64,000 nt of DNA from Candidatus Acidiferrum sp. (GCA_035317605.1 DATHGT010000059.1:6751-70750), one strand, 5' to 3'. Positions 22,730-33,536 are shown, counted from the first letter of the stretch. The notes: a model not told the origin generated them from the letters alone. A program made the numbers and translations.

Positions 22730-23328
22730 AGCTCGGCTTCGCGATCGTGCTGGTGACGGTATGGGCGTGGCCCGCCCTCGGATGGGCGCAGACGCCGCCG
22801 TGGCAAAAGGCCCCCGGAGCGCCAGCGCCGGCGCGGCCGGCGGACGCGCCGGCGCGTCCCGCCGACGGCAAGAAATCGGAGGCCAAGCAGCCGGTGACCG
22901 TCGACTCCGACCGCATGGAGCGTTACGGCAAGGAGAGCCTGATCATCTTCACCGGCAATGTGGTGGCCCGCCACGACAACTCCGTGCAGTACGCCGACCG
23001 GATGGAAGTCTATCTGGACGAGAAGGGCGACAAGATCATCCGCTCGGTCTCGACGGGCAACGTCCGCATCGTGACCAAGGACTGCAAGACCGGCACGGCC
23101 GGGCGATCCGAGTACTTCGACCTGGAGCAGCGCGTGGTGCTGCTGGGCAACGCGCGGGTCTGGCAGGACGACAACGTGGTCAGCGGCGACACGATCACGA
23201 TCCACCTCGCCCAGGACCGCAACATCGTCACCGGCGGCAAGCAGGAGCGGGTCAAGGCCGTCTTCTACTCCAAGAGCGACAGCAACAACACCAAGCCCCC
23301 CGGCGGCCAGCCGGCCTGCGCGAACTGA
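22726..23328 (+). CDS. lptA: LPS export periplasmic protein LptA (OstA-like)
   Basis: The GTG overlaps the lptC stop. A signal peptide is present. The OstA_N-like repeats are [13 protein letters not shown]...IFTGNVV. Confidence 0.65.
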   Translation: MKLGFAIVLVTVWAWPALGWAQTPPWQKAPGAPAPARPADAPARPADGKKSEAKQPVTVDSDRMERYGKESLIIFTGNVVARHDNSVQYADRMEVYLDEKGDKIIRSVSTGNVRIVTKDCKTGTAGRSEYFDLEQRVVLLGNARVWQDDNVVSGDTITIHLAQDRNIVTGGKQERVKAVFYSKSDSNNTKPPGGQPACAN

Positions 23329-24050
23329 TGGAAGGCCTCGTCGCGCTCGGACTGACGAAGTGGTTCAAGCACCGCAAGGTGGTCGACGACGTGTCGATGG
23401 ACGTTCAGCGCGGCGAGGTCGTGGGGCTGCTGGGACCCAACGGGGCCGGGAAGACGACCTCGTTCTACATGCTGGTGGGGCTGTTGCCGTCGGACGGCGG
23501 GCGCATCTTCCTCGAGGGGCAGGAGATCACCGCGCTGCCCATGTACCAGCGCTGCCGGCTCGGCGTGGGCTATCTGCCCCAGGAGTCGTCGGTGTTTCGC
23601 AAGCTGACCGTGGAGGAAAACCTGCTGGCGATCCTGGAGACGCTGGATCTCGACGCCACCGAGCGCCGCGAGCGCGCCCGCCAGCTCCTGTCCGAGCTGG
23701 ACCTCACGCCGCTCGCCCGGTACCCGGCCTACACGCTGTCGGGCGGCGAGCGCCGGCGACTGGAGATCACCCGCGCGCTGGTCACCTCGCCCCAGTACCT
23801 GCTGCTCGACGAGCCCTTCACCGGCATCGATCCGATCGCAATCGGCGACATCCAGGAGATCATCGCGCGGCTGCGGGAGCGGGGGATCGGCATCCTGATC
23901 ACGGACCACAACGTGCGGGAGACCCTGTCCATCACCGATCGGGCCTACATCCTGTACGACGGCAAGATCCTGGTGTCGGGCAACGCCACCGAGATCGCCA
24001 ACAACCCACTGGCGCGGGAGGTGTACCTGGGAGAGCGATTCTCCCTGTAG
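23328..24050 (+). CDS. lptB: LPS export ABC transporter ATP-binding protein LptB
   Basis: Walker [10 protein letters not shown], the ABC signature [11 protein letters not shown] and Walker B LLLDEP are present. The ATG overlaps the lptA stop. Confidence 0.9.
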   Translation: MEGLVALGLTKWFKHRKVVDDVSMDVQRGEVVGLLGPNGAGKTTSFYMLVGLLPSDGGRIFLEGQEITALPMYQRCRLGVGYLPQESSVFRKLTVEENLLAILETLDLDATERRERARQLLSELDLTPLARYPAYTLSGGERRRLEITRALVTSPQYLLLDEPFTGIDPIAIGDIQEIIARLRERGIGILITDHNVRETLSITDRAYILYDGKILVSGNATEIANNPLAREVYLGERFSL

Positions 24051-24074
24051 TACGCTTCGAAACGAGAGACTGCT

Positions 24075-25538
24075 ATGGCGATGGAAGCTCGACTCTCTCT
24101 GCGACAAAGCCAGCGGGTGGTCATGACCCCGCTGCTGCAGCAGGCCATCCAGCTGCTGCAGCTCTCCACGCTGGAACTACAGGAAGTCGTCCAGAAGGAG
24201 CTGCTGGAGAACCCGCTTCTGGAGGAGCTGCCGGAGAATCCCGAGGCCCCGGAAAACCAGGACGGCCAGGCCGCCGCCGAGGCCACCACGGTACCGACGA
24301 CCGAGCCGATCACGCCCGAGGTGCCGCCACGGGACGAGGAGCAGCGGGGGACCGACGATCTGCCGTTCGATCTGACCGCGGTGATGTTCGACGATCACGA
24401 GGAGCGCTCGCTGGTCGCCCAGGAGGACCGGGACGAGCTGCCCTTCGAGAACATGGTGCGCTCGGTCTCCTCGCTGAACGACCACCTGGACGAGCAGCTC
24501 CGCTTCGCCACCGAGGATTCCGTCGTCCGCAAGATCGGCGAGGAGATCATCGGCAACCTCGACGAGGACGGCTACCTCCGCGCCGAGCTGTCGGAGATCG
24601 CCACCCGCTGCGGCGTCGACGTGGCGACCGTGGAGCCGGTGCTGGCCATGGTGCAGGCCTTCGACCCGCCCGGGGTGGCCGCCCGCAACATCCAGGAGTG
24701 CCTGCTCATCCAGCTCAAGAGCGATCCCAATCCCGACCCGGTCTCGGTGGAGATCGTCGAGCAGCACTTCGACGACCTCACCCGCCGGCGCTATCCGGAC
24801 ATCGCGCGCGCGCTGCGGCTGTCCCTCGACCGGGTGATGGAGTCCGTCGAGGAGATCATGGGCCTGGAGCCCAAGCCGGGCCGCCGCTTCGGCGGCAACG
24901 ACTCGCGCTACATCGTCCCCGACGTGGTCGTGCACAAGATGGGGACCGAGTACCTGGTCGTGCTCAACGAGGACGGCATCCCGCGGCTGCGCGTGAACTC
25001 GCTCTATCGCTCGCTGCTGCGCAACTCCGGCGACGAGGCCAAGCAGTACGTGGAGCAGAAGCTGCGCTCGGCGATGTGGCTGATCAAGAGCGTGGACCAG
25101 CGCCAGCGCACGCTGCGCAGGGTCACCCAGTCCATCGTGAAGTTCCAGCGCGACTTCCTCGACAAGGGCATCGCGTGCCTCAAGCCGCTCTCGCTGCGCG
25201 ACGTGGGCGAGGACATCGGCATGCACGAGTCCACGATCAGCCGGGTGACCACCAACAAGTACGTGGAGACGCCCCAGGGCCTCTTCGAGCTGAAGTACTT
25301 CTTCCACAGCGGCATCGCCTCCGGCGACGGCGAGATGGTGTCGTCGGTGTCGGTCAAGAAGATGATCCAGGATCTGCTCGCCAACGAGGATCCCGCCAAG
25401 CCGCTCTCGGACCAGGAAGTCGCCCAGGTGCTCAAGGGGCGGGGGCTGGTGATCGCGCGGCGCACCGTGGCCAAGTACCGCGAGGAGCTGGGCATCCTGC
25501 CGTCGCATCAGCGGCGGCTGGCGCCGCGGCGACGGTGA
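24075..25538 (+). CDS. rpoN: RNA polymerase sigma-54 factor
   Basis: The N-terminal region I is LSLRQSQRVVMTPLLQQAIQLLQLSTLELQ. The C-terminal RpoN box is ARRTVAKYRE. Confidence 0.95.
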   Translation: MAMEARLSLRQSQRVVMTPLLQQAIQLLQLSTLELQEVVQKELLENPLLEELPENPEAPENQDGQAAAEATTVPTTEPITPEVPPRDEEQRGTDDLPFDLTAVMFDDHEERSLVAQEDRDELPFENMVRSVSSLNDHLDEQLRFATEDSVVRKIGEEIIGNLDEDGYLRAELSEIATRCGVDVATVEPVLAMVQAFDPPGVAARNIQECLLIQLKSDPNPDPVSVEIVEQHFDDLTRRRYPDIARALRLSLDRVMESVEEIMGLEPKPGRRFGGNDSRYIVPDVVVHKMGTEYLVVLNEDGIPRLRVNSLYRSLLRNSGDEAKQYVEQKLRSAMWLIKSVDQRQRTLRRVTQSIVKFQRDFLDKGIACLKPLSLRDVGEDIGMHESTISRVTTNKYVETPQGLFELKYFFHSGIASGDGEMVSSVSVKKMIQDLLANEDPAKPLSDQEVAQVLKGRGLVIARRTVAKYREELGILPSHQRRLAPRRR

Positions 25539-25897
25539 GCCCGGCCGAGCCCGCGCGCCCCTCGTCGCTGCCCCTCGTGCTGAGCCGGCGCGGGGTGACC
25601 CTCACGCCCGCCGTCAAGACGCTGATCGAGGGCAAGCTCGCCCGCCTGCGCCGCGCGCTGCCCGACGTCCTCTCCGCGCGGGTCGTGTGCACGGGCGAGA
25701 AGTTCCGGCGCACCGTGCGCATCACGCTGCGCACGCGCCGGCGGACGTTCGCCAGCGAGGCCACCGCCCCCGACCTCGCCGCCGCCGTCGACACCGCGAT
25801 CGACGCCCTCCGCCGTCAGACCCGCGAGACGAAGCAGCGGCGGGCGGCGAGCAAGGGACGCGCGGTCCGCCGCCCTCGCATCGAGCCCGTGGCCTGA
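25535..25897 (+). CDS. hpf: Ribosome hibernation promoting factor (HPF/RaiA, short form); the start is uncertain
   Basis: GVTLTPAVKTLIEGKLARL... shows the HPF beta-alpha-beta-beta-beta-alpha pattern. The gene sits in the conserved position after rpoN. Confidence 0.6.
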   Translation: MSPAEPARPSSLPLVLSRRGVTLTPAVKTLIEGKLARLRRALPDVLSARVVCTGEKFRRTVRITLRTRRRTFASEATAPDLAAAVDTAIDALRRQTRETKQRRAASKGRAVRRPRIEPVA

Positions 25898-25898
25898 C

Positions 25899-26768
25899 AT
25901 GTCCGCGTCGATCACCTTCGTCGTGCTCACCGGGATGTCGGGGGCGGGCAAGAGCTTCGCGATCAAGTGTCTCGAGGACATGGGGTTCTTCTGCGTCGAC
26001 AACCTGCCGACCACCCTGATCCCGACCTTCGCCGACCTGGTGGCGCGCACCCAGCAGACGCCGCCGCGCGTGGCCCTCGGCGTCGACGTGCGGGCCGGCG
26101 AGTACCTGCGGCACCTCATCGAGGCCATCGACGCCCTGCGCGCGCGCGACCACCGGGTGGAGGTGCTCTTCCTCGAGGCCGGCGACGAGACGCTGGTCCG
26201 CCGCTATCACGAGACCCGCCGGCGCCACCCGCTGGCCGGGGAGGGGCAGGTCCTCGACGGGATCCGGGCCGAGCGCCGCGCGCTGGCGGATCTCAGAGAA
26301 ATCGCCGACCGCATCATCGACACCTCGGCGCTCAACGTCCACCAGTTCAAGGACCAGCTCGTCACCCTCTACGGCTCGCCGGTCACCCGCACCGGCCTGG
26401 CCACCGCGCTGATCTCCTTCGGGTTCAAGCACGGCATCCCCATCGACGCCGACCTGGTGTTCGACATCCGGTTCCTGCCCAATCCCCACTTCGTGCCGGA
26501 GCTGCGCCCGCTGGACGGGCGGGACGCGCGGGTGAGGGAGTTCATCTTCAAGCACGAGGAGAGCCGCGAGCTGCTCCGGCGCCTGCAGCACCTGCTCGAC
26601 TTCCTGCTCCCGGCCTACCAGCGCGAGGGCAAGGCCTACCTCACGATCGCCGTCGGCTGCACGGGCGGCCGGCACCGCTCGGTGAGCCTGGTGGAGGAGC
26701 TGCGGCGCTCGCTCGAGGAGCGCGGCTTTCCGCCCTCCGTCGTGCACCGCGACATCGACCGCGAGTGA
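25899..26768 (+). CDS. rapZ: RNase adapter protein RapZ (YhbJ)
   Basis: Walker A VVLTGMSGAGKSFA is present. FFCVDNLP is present. The C-terminal residues are GCTGGRHRSV. Confidence 0.9.
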   Translation: MSASITFVVLTGMSGAGKSFAIKCLEDMGFFCVDNLPTTLIPTFADLVARTQQTPPRVALGVDVRAGEYLRHLIEAIDALRARDHRVEVLFLEAGDETLVRRYHETRRRHPLAGEGQVLDGIRAERRALADLREIADRIIDTSALNVHQFKDQLVTLYGSPVTRTGLATALISFGFKHGIPIDADLVFDIRFLPNPHFVPELRPLDGRDARVREFIFKHEESRELLRRLQHLLDFLLPAYQREGKAYLTIAVGCTGGRHRSVSLVEELRRSLEERGFPPSVVHRDIDRE

Positions 26769-26808
26769 CGCCTCCCGCGCGCCCGCGCGGGGCGCGTCGG
26801 CCCCGGCC

Positions 26809-26850
26809 AGGCGTGCCCGCCCCCGCGAGGCGTGCCCGCCCCCGCGAGGC
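26809..26850. repeat. 19-bp tandem direct repeat AGGCGTGCCCGCCCCCGCG, about 2.2 copies, in the rapZ-metK intergenic region
   Basis: The copies are visible directly at 26809-26827 and 26828-26846, with a partial third copy. Confidence 0.8.
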
Positions 26851-26892
26851 ATGCTAGACTGACGCGAATTTTCACACGGCAGGGAGGATTCG

Positions 26893-28038
26893 ATGGCGGG
26901 TAACGAGTATCTCTTCACGTCGGAGTCGGTGACCGAGGGACACCCCGACAAGATCGCCGACCAGATCTCCGACGCGGTCCTCGACGCGATCATCGGTCAG
27001 GATCGGCGTGGACGGGTGGCCTGCGAGACGCTCCTGACCACGGGGCTGGTCGTGGTGGCCGGCGAGATCACCACCGATTGCTACGTCGACGTCCCCCAGC
27101 TCGTGCGCCAGACCATCCACGACATCGGCTACGTGAAGGCCGAGTACGGGTTCGACTGCCACACCTGCGGGGTGATCACCGCCATCGACAAGCAGTCGTC
27201 CGACATCGCGCTGGGCGTCGACAAGGAAGGCGCGGGCGACCAGGGCCTCATGTTCGGCTACGCCTGCCGGGAGACCGACGCCCTGATGCCGCTGCCCATC
27301 ATGCTCTGCCACCGGCTGGTCGAGCGGCTCAGCCAGGTCCGGCGCAGCGGGCAGCTCGACTACCTCCGGCCCGACGGCAAGAGCCAGGTGAGCGTGCGCT
27401 ACCGCGACGGCCAGCCGGTGGCCGTCGAGACCGTGGTGATCTCGAGCCAGCACGCCGACGACGTGGGCCAGGACCGGATCCGCGGGGACATCATCGAGCA
27501 CGTCATCACGCCGGTGGTGCCCCAGCACCTCATCGATCCCTCCAAGGTCGTCTACCACATCAATCCCACCGGGCGGTTCGTGACCGGGGGACCCATGGGC
27601 GACACCGGGCTCACCGGCCGCAAGATCATCGTGGATACCTATGGGGGATCGTGCCCGCACGGCGGCGGCGCCTTCTCCGGCAAGGACCCGACCAAGGTCG
27701 ACCGCTCGGGCGCCTACATGGCGCGCCACGTGGCCAAGAACATCGTGGCCGCCGAGCTGGCCACCCGCGCCCAGGTCCAGGTGGCGTACGCGATCGGTGT
27801 CCCCGAGCCGGTGTCGGTGATGGTGAGCACCGAAGGCACCGGGAAGATCCCCGAGCACCGGCTCGAGGAGCTCGTGCGCCGGCACTTCGACTTCCGCCCG
27901 CGCGCCATCATCGAGTACCTCGACCTGCGCCGGCCGATCTTCCGGAAGACGGCGACCTTCGGCCACTTCGGGCGCTCCGAGCCCGAGTTCACGTGGGAGC
28001 GCACGGACCGCGTGAAGGATCTGCTCAGCGACGCGTAA
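26893..28038 (+). CDS. metK: S-adenosylmethionine synthetase
   Basis: [28 protein letters not shown] is present, as is [19 protein letters not shown]. Confidence 0.95.
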   Translation: MAGNEYLFTSESVTEGHPDKIADQISDAVLDAIIGQDRRGRVACETLLTTGLVVVAGEITTDCYVDVPQLVRQTIHDIGYVKAEYGFDCHTCGVITAIDKQSSDIALGVDKEGAGDQGLMFGYACRETDALMPLPIMLCHRLVERLSQVRRSGQLDYLRPDGKSQVSVRYRDGQPVAVETVVISSQHADDVGQDRIRGDIIEHVITPVVPQHLIDPSKVVYHINPTGRFVTGGPMGDTGLTGRKIIVDTYGGSCPHGGGAFSGKDPTKVDRSGAYMARHVAKNIVAAELATRAQVQVAYAIGVPEPVSVMVSTEGTGKIPEHRLEELVRRHFDFRPRAIIEYLDLRRPIFRKTATFGHFGRSEPEFTWERTDRVKDLLSDA

Positions 28039-30749
28039 TGGGCCGGTCCCGAGCGGCGTTTCTGCTGATCCTGGCGCTCTTCGTGCTGGGATTCGTGGGC
28101 CAGATCGTGCCGCTGTACACGGACTGGCTGTGGTTCGGAGAAGTCGGGTACGTCGCGGTCTTCCTGAAGATCCTGTCCCTGCGCGGCACGCTGTTCACCG
28201 CGGTCGCCGTGGGCGTCCTGATCTTTCTCTACGCGAACCTGACCTTCGCGGCGCGGACGGCGCGGCCCGACGTGCTGTGGGAGCTGGAAGACCAGCTCGG
28301 GCTGCCCGGGCGCGTGGTCATCGAGCCGCTGATCCGCCGCTTCCTGCCCATGGTCCTCCTGCTCATCGCGTTCGCCTCGGGGATGCGGGCCAGCGCGCGC
28401 TGGCAGACCGTGCTCGCGTACCGCAACGCCGTGCCCTTCGGGAGCCCCGACCCGCTCTTCGGCCGCGACCTCGCGTTCTTCGTCTTCGACCTGCCCATGT
28501 TCCGGATGCTGCTGGGGTGGGGGACGACCCTGGTCATCGCCACCCTGGCGCTGACCCTGGTGATCTACGTGCTCCAGCGCAGCCTGGTCCTGACCTCGCG
28601 CGGCCCCCGCCTGGCGGCGGGCGCCCGGTCGCACCTGTTGGTGTTGGGCGCGCTCCTCCTGGTCCTGGTCGGCGTCGGTTTCTGGCTGGACCGGTTCGAG
28701 CTGGTGTACTCGGCGCGGGGCGCGATCTTCGGCGCCTCCTACACCGACGTGCACGCCTCGCTGCCGGTGCTCGGCGCCCTCGCCGTGCTCTCGGTCGTGT
28801 GCGCGCTGGCCTGTCTGGCCCAGCTCGCCACCGGCGGATTCCGGTTGGTGGCCGGCGGGGTCCTGGTCCTGGCCGCGGTCTGGGTGGGCGGGCTCGGCGT
28901 GTACCCGGCGCTGCTGCAGCGCTTCAGCGTCACCCCCAACGAGCTCAACGCCGAGCGGCCCTTCATCGTGCACAACATCCGGATGACCCGGCAGGCCTAC
29001 GGCCTGGACCGGATCGAGGAGCGCGAGTTTCCCGCCGACGAGAAGCTGGATGCCCGCGCCCTGGAGCGCAACGCGCTCACCATCAAGAACATCCGCCTCT
29101 GGGACTACCGGCCGCTCCTGCGCACCTTCGCTCAGCTCCAGGAGATCCGGACCTACTACAAGTTCCAGGACGTCGACAACGACCGCTACGTGGTCAACGG
29201 CGAGTACCGCCAGCTCATGCTCTCGCCGCGCGAGCTGTCCTACGCCCACCTCCAGTCGCGCATCTGGATCAACGAGCACCTGACCTTCACCCACGGCTAC
29301 GGCATCGTGGTGGGGCCGGTCAACCGGGTCACCGCCGAGGGCCTGCCCGAGTTCCTCGTGCAGGACATCCCGCCGCGCTCGGCCGAGGGCTTTCCCAAGA
29401 TCACGCGGCCGGAGATCTACTACGGCGAGACGTCGAACGAGTACGTGCTGGTGCGCACGCGCTCGCAGGAGCTGGACTATCCCGCCGGTGACCAGAACGT
29501 GTACTCGCGCTACGCCGGGCAGGGCGGGGTGGTGATCTCCTCCTGGCTGCGGAAGCTGGCCTTCGCCGCGCGCTTCGGGGAGATCAAGATCCTGCTCTCC
29601 AACGATCTGGCCCCCGACAGTCGGATCATGATGTATCGGACGATCGGCGATCGCATCCGGCAGATCGCGCCGTTCTTCCACTACGACCGCGACCCCTACA
29701 TGGTCGTGAGCGCCGAGGGGCGGCTGGTCTGGATGCTGGACGGGTACACCACCACGGATCGGTATCCCTACTCGGACCCCGTGCGGGGACTCGGCAACTA
29801 CATCCGCAACTCGGTGAAGGTCACCCTCGACGCCTACGACGGGCGCGTGATCTTCTACCTCGCCGATCCCACCGATCCGATCGTGCGCGCGTACGCGGCG
29901 GGCTTTCCCGGGCTCCTGCAGCCGCTGTCGGCCATGCCGGAGGATCTGCGGCGCCACATCCGTTACCCCGAGGACTTCTTCGCCATCCAGGCCCGGAAGT
30001 ACGCGACCTACCACATGCTCGAGCCCCAGGTCTTCTACAACAAGGAAGACCTGTGGGCGGTGCCCCGGCGCACCATCGAGGGGCGCGACCGGGAGATGGA
30101 GCCGTACTTCACGATCATGCGGCTCCCTGAGCAGGTCAAGGAGGAGTTCATCCTGCTCACCCTGTTCAACCCGAGCCGGCGCGACAACATGATCGCCTGG
30201 CTGGCCGCCCGCTCCGATCCACCGAACTATGGCCGGCTGATCGTCTACAACTTCCCCAAACAGAAGCTGGTGTACGGCCCCCGCCAGATCGACGCCCGCA
30301 TCGACCAGGATCCCGTCATCTCCCAGCAGCTCTCGCTGTGGAACCAGCGCGGCTCCACGGTCATCCGCGGCTCGCTGCTGGCCATCCCCGTCGACAAGTC
30401 GCTGATCTACGTCCAGCCGCTCTACCTGGCGGCGGCCGAGCAGGGCGCGCTGCCCGAGCTGCGCCGGGTCATCGTGGCCTACGGCAACCAGATCGCCATG
30501 GAGCCCACGCTCGAGCAATCGCTGGCGCGGATCTTCGGCGGCGCCGCGCCGGCGCCGCCAGCCACGACCACGCCGACGGCTGTGCCCGGCGCAGCGCGCC
30601 CGACGCCCTCGGCGATCGGCGGCGCGCCCCAGCGCGCGCTGGAGATCTACAACCGCGCCCAGGACGCCCTCCGCCGCGGCGACTGGGCCCAGTACGGCGC
30701 CGAGCAGAAGCGTCTCGAAGACGCCCTCCGCTCGCTCGCCACTCAGTAG
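28038..30749 (+). CDS. UPF0182-family large membrane protein (N-terminal multi-TM domain plus large extracytoplasmic domain)
   Basis: The protein is 904 aa with an N-terminal cluster of TM helices. It resembles actinobacterial and deinococcal UPF0182 proteins. The ATG overlaps the metK stop (TAATG). Confidence 0.55.
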   Translation: MGRSRAAFLLILALFVLGFVGQIVPLYTDWLWFGEVGYVAVFLKILSLRGTLFTAVAVGVLIFLYANLTFAARTARPDVLWELEDQLGLPGRVVIEPLIRRFLPMVLLLIAFASGMRASARWQTVLAYRNAVPFGSPDPLFGRDLAFFVFDLPMFRMLLGWGTTLVIATLALTLVIYVLQRSLVLTSRGPRLAAGARSHLLVLGALLLVLVGVGFWLDRFELVYSARGAIFGASYTDVHASLPVLGALAVLSVVCALACLAQLATGGFRLVAGGVLVLAAVWVGGLGVYPALLQRFSVTPNELNAERPFIVHNIRMTRQAYGLDRIEEREFPADEKLDARALERNALTIKNIRLWDYRPLLRTFAQLQEIRTYYKFQDVDNDRYVVNGEYRQLMLSPRELSYAHLQSRIWINEHLTFTHGYGIVVGPVNRVTAEGLPEFLVQDIPPRSAEGFPKITRPEIYYGETSNEYVLVRTRSQELDYPAGDQNVYSRYAGQGGVVISSWLRKLAFAARFGEIKILLSNDLAPDSRIMMYRTIGDRIRQIAPFFHYDRDPYMVVSAEGRLVWMLDGYTTTDRYPYSDPVRGLGNYIRNSVKVTLDAYDGRVIFYLADPTDPIVRAYAAGFPGLLQPLSAMPEDLRRHIRYPEDFFAIQARKYATYHMLEPQVFYNKEDLWAVPRRTIEGRDREMEPYFTIMRLPEQVKEEFILLTLFNPSRRDNMIAWLAARSDPPNYGRLIVYNFPKQKLVYGPRQIDARIDQDPVISQQLSLWNQRGSTVIRGSLLAIPVDKSLIYVQPLYLAAAEQGALPELRRVIVAYGNQIAMEPTLEQSLARIFGGAAPAPPATTTPTAVPGAARPTPSAIGGAPQRALEIYNRAQDALRRGDWAQYGAEQKRLEDALRSLATQ

Positions 30750-30811
30750 CGCAGTCCGAGTGGTGCGTCGGTCGGGTCGAATTCCGGGACGCGGTTATAT
30801 TAGGCGGCCGT

Positions 30812-31786
30812 ATGCCTCGGACCGATGACGAACGAATGAACGTGTGGACGGGTGCGCGCACCGAACGACGAGAGTGGACGTGGCAGCGGTTTGCCCTGAT
30901 CGCCGGCCTCGTCTGTCTGGGCGCGGTGCTGGTGATGAACGTGCCTGGGGTCGCGGAGGTGCGGCGGTATCGCTCGCCGGCCTCGGTGCTGTCGCACCTC
31001 GCGATGTCGCTGCTCGCGCTCGGGCTGAGCCCCCGCTTCCGTGGCTGGCTCGAACGCGCGGCCGCGCTGTCGTCGCGGCAGCGGGTGTGGGCCTTCGCGA
31101 TCGCGCTCGTCGGGCCCCTGGCCGTCATCATCATCGGCCTTGCCGTCTGGCCGAGCTACGGTCACGAGCTGTTCACACGCGAGTGGGGACTCTGCGAGCC
31201 GGCACAATTCGTCCTCTGGCTCACGGCCGCGTGGCTGTCCGTCGAGCGCGCGCGAGTCACGGGACCGGGGACTCCGGACTCCCGGGCGTTTCATCTCGCC
31301 GCTTTCGCCTTCATCCTGCTCGCGCTCGAAGAGGTCGATTACCTGGGGATCGTCACGCTGGTGGCCCGGCTGTCCGGCGTCCCGGATGGACGGATCGCCC
31401 ACCATCACATCGGCGGCATTCACGACGTCATCAACGACCTAGGCAAGATCTCGCTGGTGCTGGGTGTCCTGGCACTCGCGCTCGTGGCCGCACTCGTGCT
31501 CGGGTGGGCCGTGTCCCAGGGGCTGCATCGGGTGGTGCTCCGCGAGGTCTTTTCCATCACCTCGCTGCCGCTCGTCGGGACCGTCGTGTTCCTGGCCATC
31601 TCGCAGCTCGCCGACATCGACCACCCGATCCTGACCGCCCTCACCGGGCAGTCCCCCCTCGTCCGCCGCCTCCGAGAAGAACCCATGGAGCTGCTCGCCA
31701 CCATCTGCGCCAACGCCAGCCTCATCGCCAAGCTCACCCCCTGGATCAGGCCCCGCACCCCCGCGGACCGCGCCGGCGCCTCGTAG
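30812..31786 (+). CDS. Hypothetical polytopic membrane protein
   Basis: Multiple hydrophobic helices are present. No recognisable catalytic motif was found. Confidence 0.45.
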   Translation: MPRTDDERMNVWTGARTERREWTWQRFALIAGLVCLGAVLVMNVPGVAEVRRYRSPASVLSHLAMSLLALGLSPRFRGWLERAAALSSRQRVWAFAIALVGPLAVIIIGLAVWPSYGHELFTREWGLCEPAQFVLWLTAAWLSVERARVTGPGTPDSRAFHLAAFAFILLALEEVDYLGIVTLVARLSGVPDGRIAHHHIGGIHDVINDLGKISLVLGVLALALVAALVLGWAVSQGLHRVVLREVFSITSLPLVGTVVFLAISQLADIDHPILTALTGQSPLVRRLREEPMELLATICANASLIAKLTPWIRPRTPADRAGAS

Positions 31787-31932
31787 CACGCCCCCCGCAC
31801 GAACGCGCACGCCGACCCTCTCGTATCCAGTCGGCGCATGTCGATGCGCCGCTTCACGCGGCTGACGAACGGGTTTTCAAAGGCTAAACTCCCCGACACT
31901 GGACCTATTCCTTCCAGTCGGGAGGGCTCTCC

Positions 31933-32718
31933 ATGCATACCCCCAAGCTCGCCGCAACGTTCCCCGTCGTACTCGCGTTGGTCCTGAGCGTCGCCCCGGC
32001 TCGGGCCGAGACGGTGAACTGCACGGCCATCACCACGCTGCCCGCCGCGATTACCGAGCAGGGGAGCTACTGCTTCACCGGCCACCTGTCGACCTCCATC
32101 ACGTCGGGCATCGCCATCGAGATCCGAGCGAGCAACGTGATACTGGACCTCAACGGCTTCAAGCTCGACGGCCTCGCCGCCGGACCCGGCACGTTCGCTT
32201 ATGGGATCGTCGCGCTCAATAGTCAGAACATCACGATCAAGAACGGGACGATCCGCGGCTTTATCCGTGGGATCTGGCTGGCGGATACGGGTGAGTCTCT
32301 GGGCCAGGTCGTGGAAAACATTCGCGCCGAGCAGAATCCGCATATCGGGATCAGCGTTGAGGGTTTCGGCGCCATCGTTCGCAATAACCAGGTGGTGGCG
32401 ACGGGAGGATCGACGATCTTGGGGGGCGATGCCTTCGGGATCGAAGTCACGGGGCAGGGTTCGCGGGTGCTCAACAACGACGTGATCAGGACCGTGAAGC
32501 AGGGACGCGGAACTTCTTTGGGGATTTTCATTATTGCGAAGTTCGGCCGCGCGAGCGGCGCTCTGGTGGTGAACAACCGGATTACGGAGGCGGACATAGG
32601 GATCGGGTTCTTTGTTAGCAGCGTTATTAGCAGCACCGGCAAGTACCGCGATAACCTCACCTTCGACGTGACCACGCCCTACGCTGGCGGCGGCACGGAC
32701 GCCGGCAACAACAACTGA
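31933..32718 (+). CDS. Secreted right-handed parallel beta-helix repeat protein
   Basis: The signal peptide ends ...VAPARA-ET. Repeated N-x-[ILV]-x-G and NNxV segments are typical of PbH1 beta-helix repeats. Confidence 0.5.
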   Translation: MHTPKLAATFPVVLALVLSVAPARAETVNCTAITTLPAAITEQGSYCFTGHLSTSITSGIAIEIRASNVILDLNGFKLDGLAAGPGTFAYGIVALNSQNITIKNGTIRGFIRGIWLADTGESLGQVVENIRAEQNPHIGISVEGFGAIVRNNQVVATGGSTILGGDAFGIEVTGQGSRVLNNDVIRTVKQGRGTSLGIFIIAKFGRASGALVVNNRITEADIGIGFFVSSVISSTGKYRDNLTFDVTTPYAGGGTDAGNNN

Positions 32719-32839
32719 CGCGCCTTCCACGTCGCCGACGGCCAGCGCCGACCGACTCACGTCATTCAGTACACGTCAGTCGCCTTCGGCAAACGCTGCC
32801 GGGAGGCGAGCGCGAAAGCTTCTTCGCGATCCTCAAGGC

Positions 32840-32869
32840 GGAGACGCTACCGGCCGGTGAGGGCGTCGT
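32840..32869. repeat. 30-bp direct repeat GGAGACGCTACCGGCCGGTGAGGGCGTCGT, copy 1
   Basis: It is identical to 33079-33108. Copy 2 encodes the C-terminus (..DALTGR*) of minus-strand gene 33096-33536. Confidence 0.8.
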
Positions 32870-32893
32870 CGCGGCGAGCCCCCCCGCCGAGTC

Positions 32894-33070
32894 CTACGTT
32901 CGCGCGCGTAAGAACAGAGACGCGCCCACGCCGAGGAAGATGATGTTGGCGGCCCAGGCGGCGAGCATCGGGGGCAAGAGGTCGGCGCGGGAGAAGGCCA
33001 GCGCGATGTAGTGGACGACCGTGTAGGCGACCATGATCGCGATGGCCAGGCCGATGCCGAAGAGCCGGCC
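32894..33070 (-). pseudogene. Duplicated 3' fragment of lptG (C-terminal about 58 codons, about 93% nucleotide identity to 36258-36440)
   Basis: The translated fragment GGRLFGIGLAIAIMVAYTVVHYIALAFSRADLLPPMLAAWAANIIFLGVGASLFLRART* is nearly identical to the C-terminus of the real lptG at 36255. The upstream part of ORF 32894-33466 is non-homologous. Confidence 0.8.
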
Positions 33071-33078
33071 CCCGCACG

Positions 33079-33108
33079 GGCCTGCGTCGGAGACGCTACC
33101 GGCCGGTG
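33079..33108. repeat. 30-bp direct repeat, copy 2
   Basis: It is identical to 32840-32869. Confidence 0.8.
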
Positions 33109-33536
33109 AGGGCGTCGTTGCGCAGCGCCAGCCCGCTCGCAAAGTCAGGCGATGTCGCGACAAGAAACAGGATCTGCCGACCCTCGAACGCCACCACTCC
33201 CGCGATCTTGTCCGTATGGGCGATCGGGGGGGGGGTCGACAGAACCATCTCGAAAGAGCATCCCTGGTCTGTCGCGTTCGTCCGATACGTACCTGTAAAA
33301 AAGCGTCCGGCCCCACCGCAGACCGGGCAGATGTCGTGGCCCAGAACCAAACCCATTTCGACAGTGCCGTCAGCGGACAAAAACAGGAAGCCGAAGCCTG
33401 CGGGGACGGTGAACGTAAATTTCCCCTCGGCCGAACAACCGTCGGCCAGCGCCGGAGAGGCAACACTCAAGAGCACTATCAACGCCACGCCGATGGCCAC
33501 GCTGAAACGTGATGCGCGCCCGACCGTCATCGTCAT
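33096..33536 (-). CDS. Small secreted hypothetical protein with conserved Cys pairs
   Basis: The signal peptide is ...VASPALA-DG. The residues CPVCGG are present. Confidence 0.4.
   Translation of the reverse strand: MTMTVGRASRFSVAIGVALIVLLSVASPALADGCSAEGKFTFTVPAGFGFLFLSADGTVEMGLVLGHDICPVCGGAGRFFTGTYRTNATDQGCSFEMVLSTPPPIAHTDKIAGVVAFEGRQILFLVATSPDFASGLALRNDALTGR

Noticed and set aside
26769-26892. Possible SAM riboswitch in the metK leader
   Set aside because: No SAM-I, SAM-II or SAM-V consensus elements could be recognised by eye. Only the 19-bp tandem repeat was noted. An Rfam scan is needed.
32894-33466. 190-aa minus-strand ORF
   Set aside because: Only the C-terminal roughly 58 codons are homologous to lptG. 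The remainder is low-complexity and overlaps gene 33096-33536 in another frame. It is treated as a gene fragment or pseudogene.
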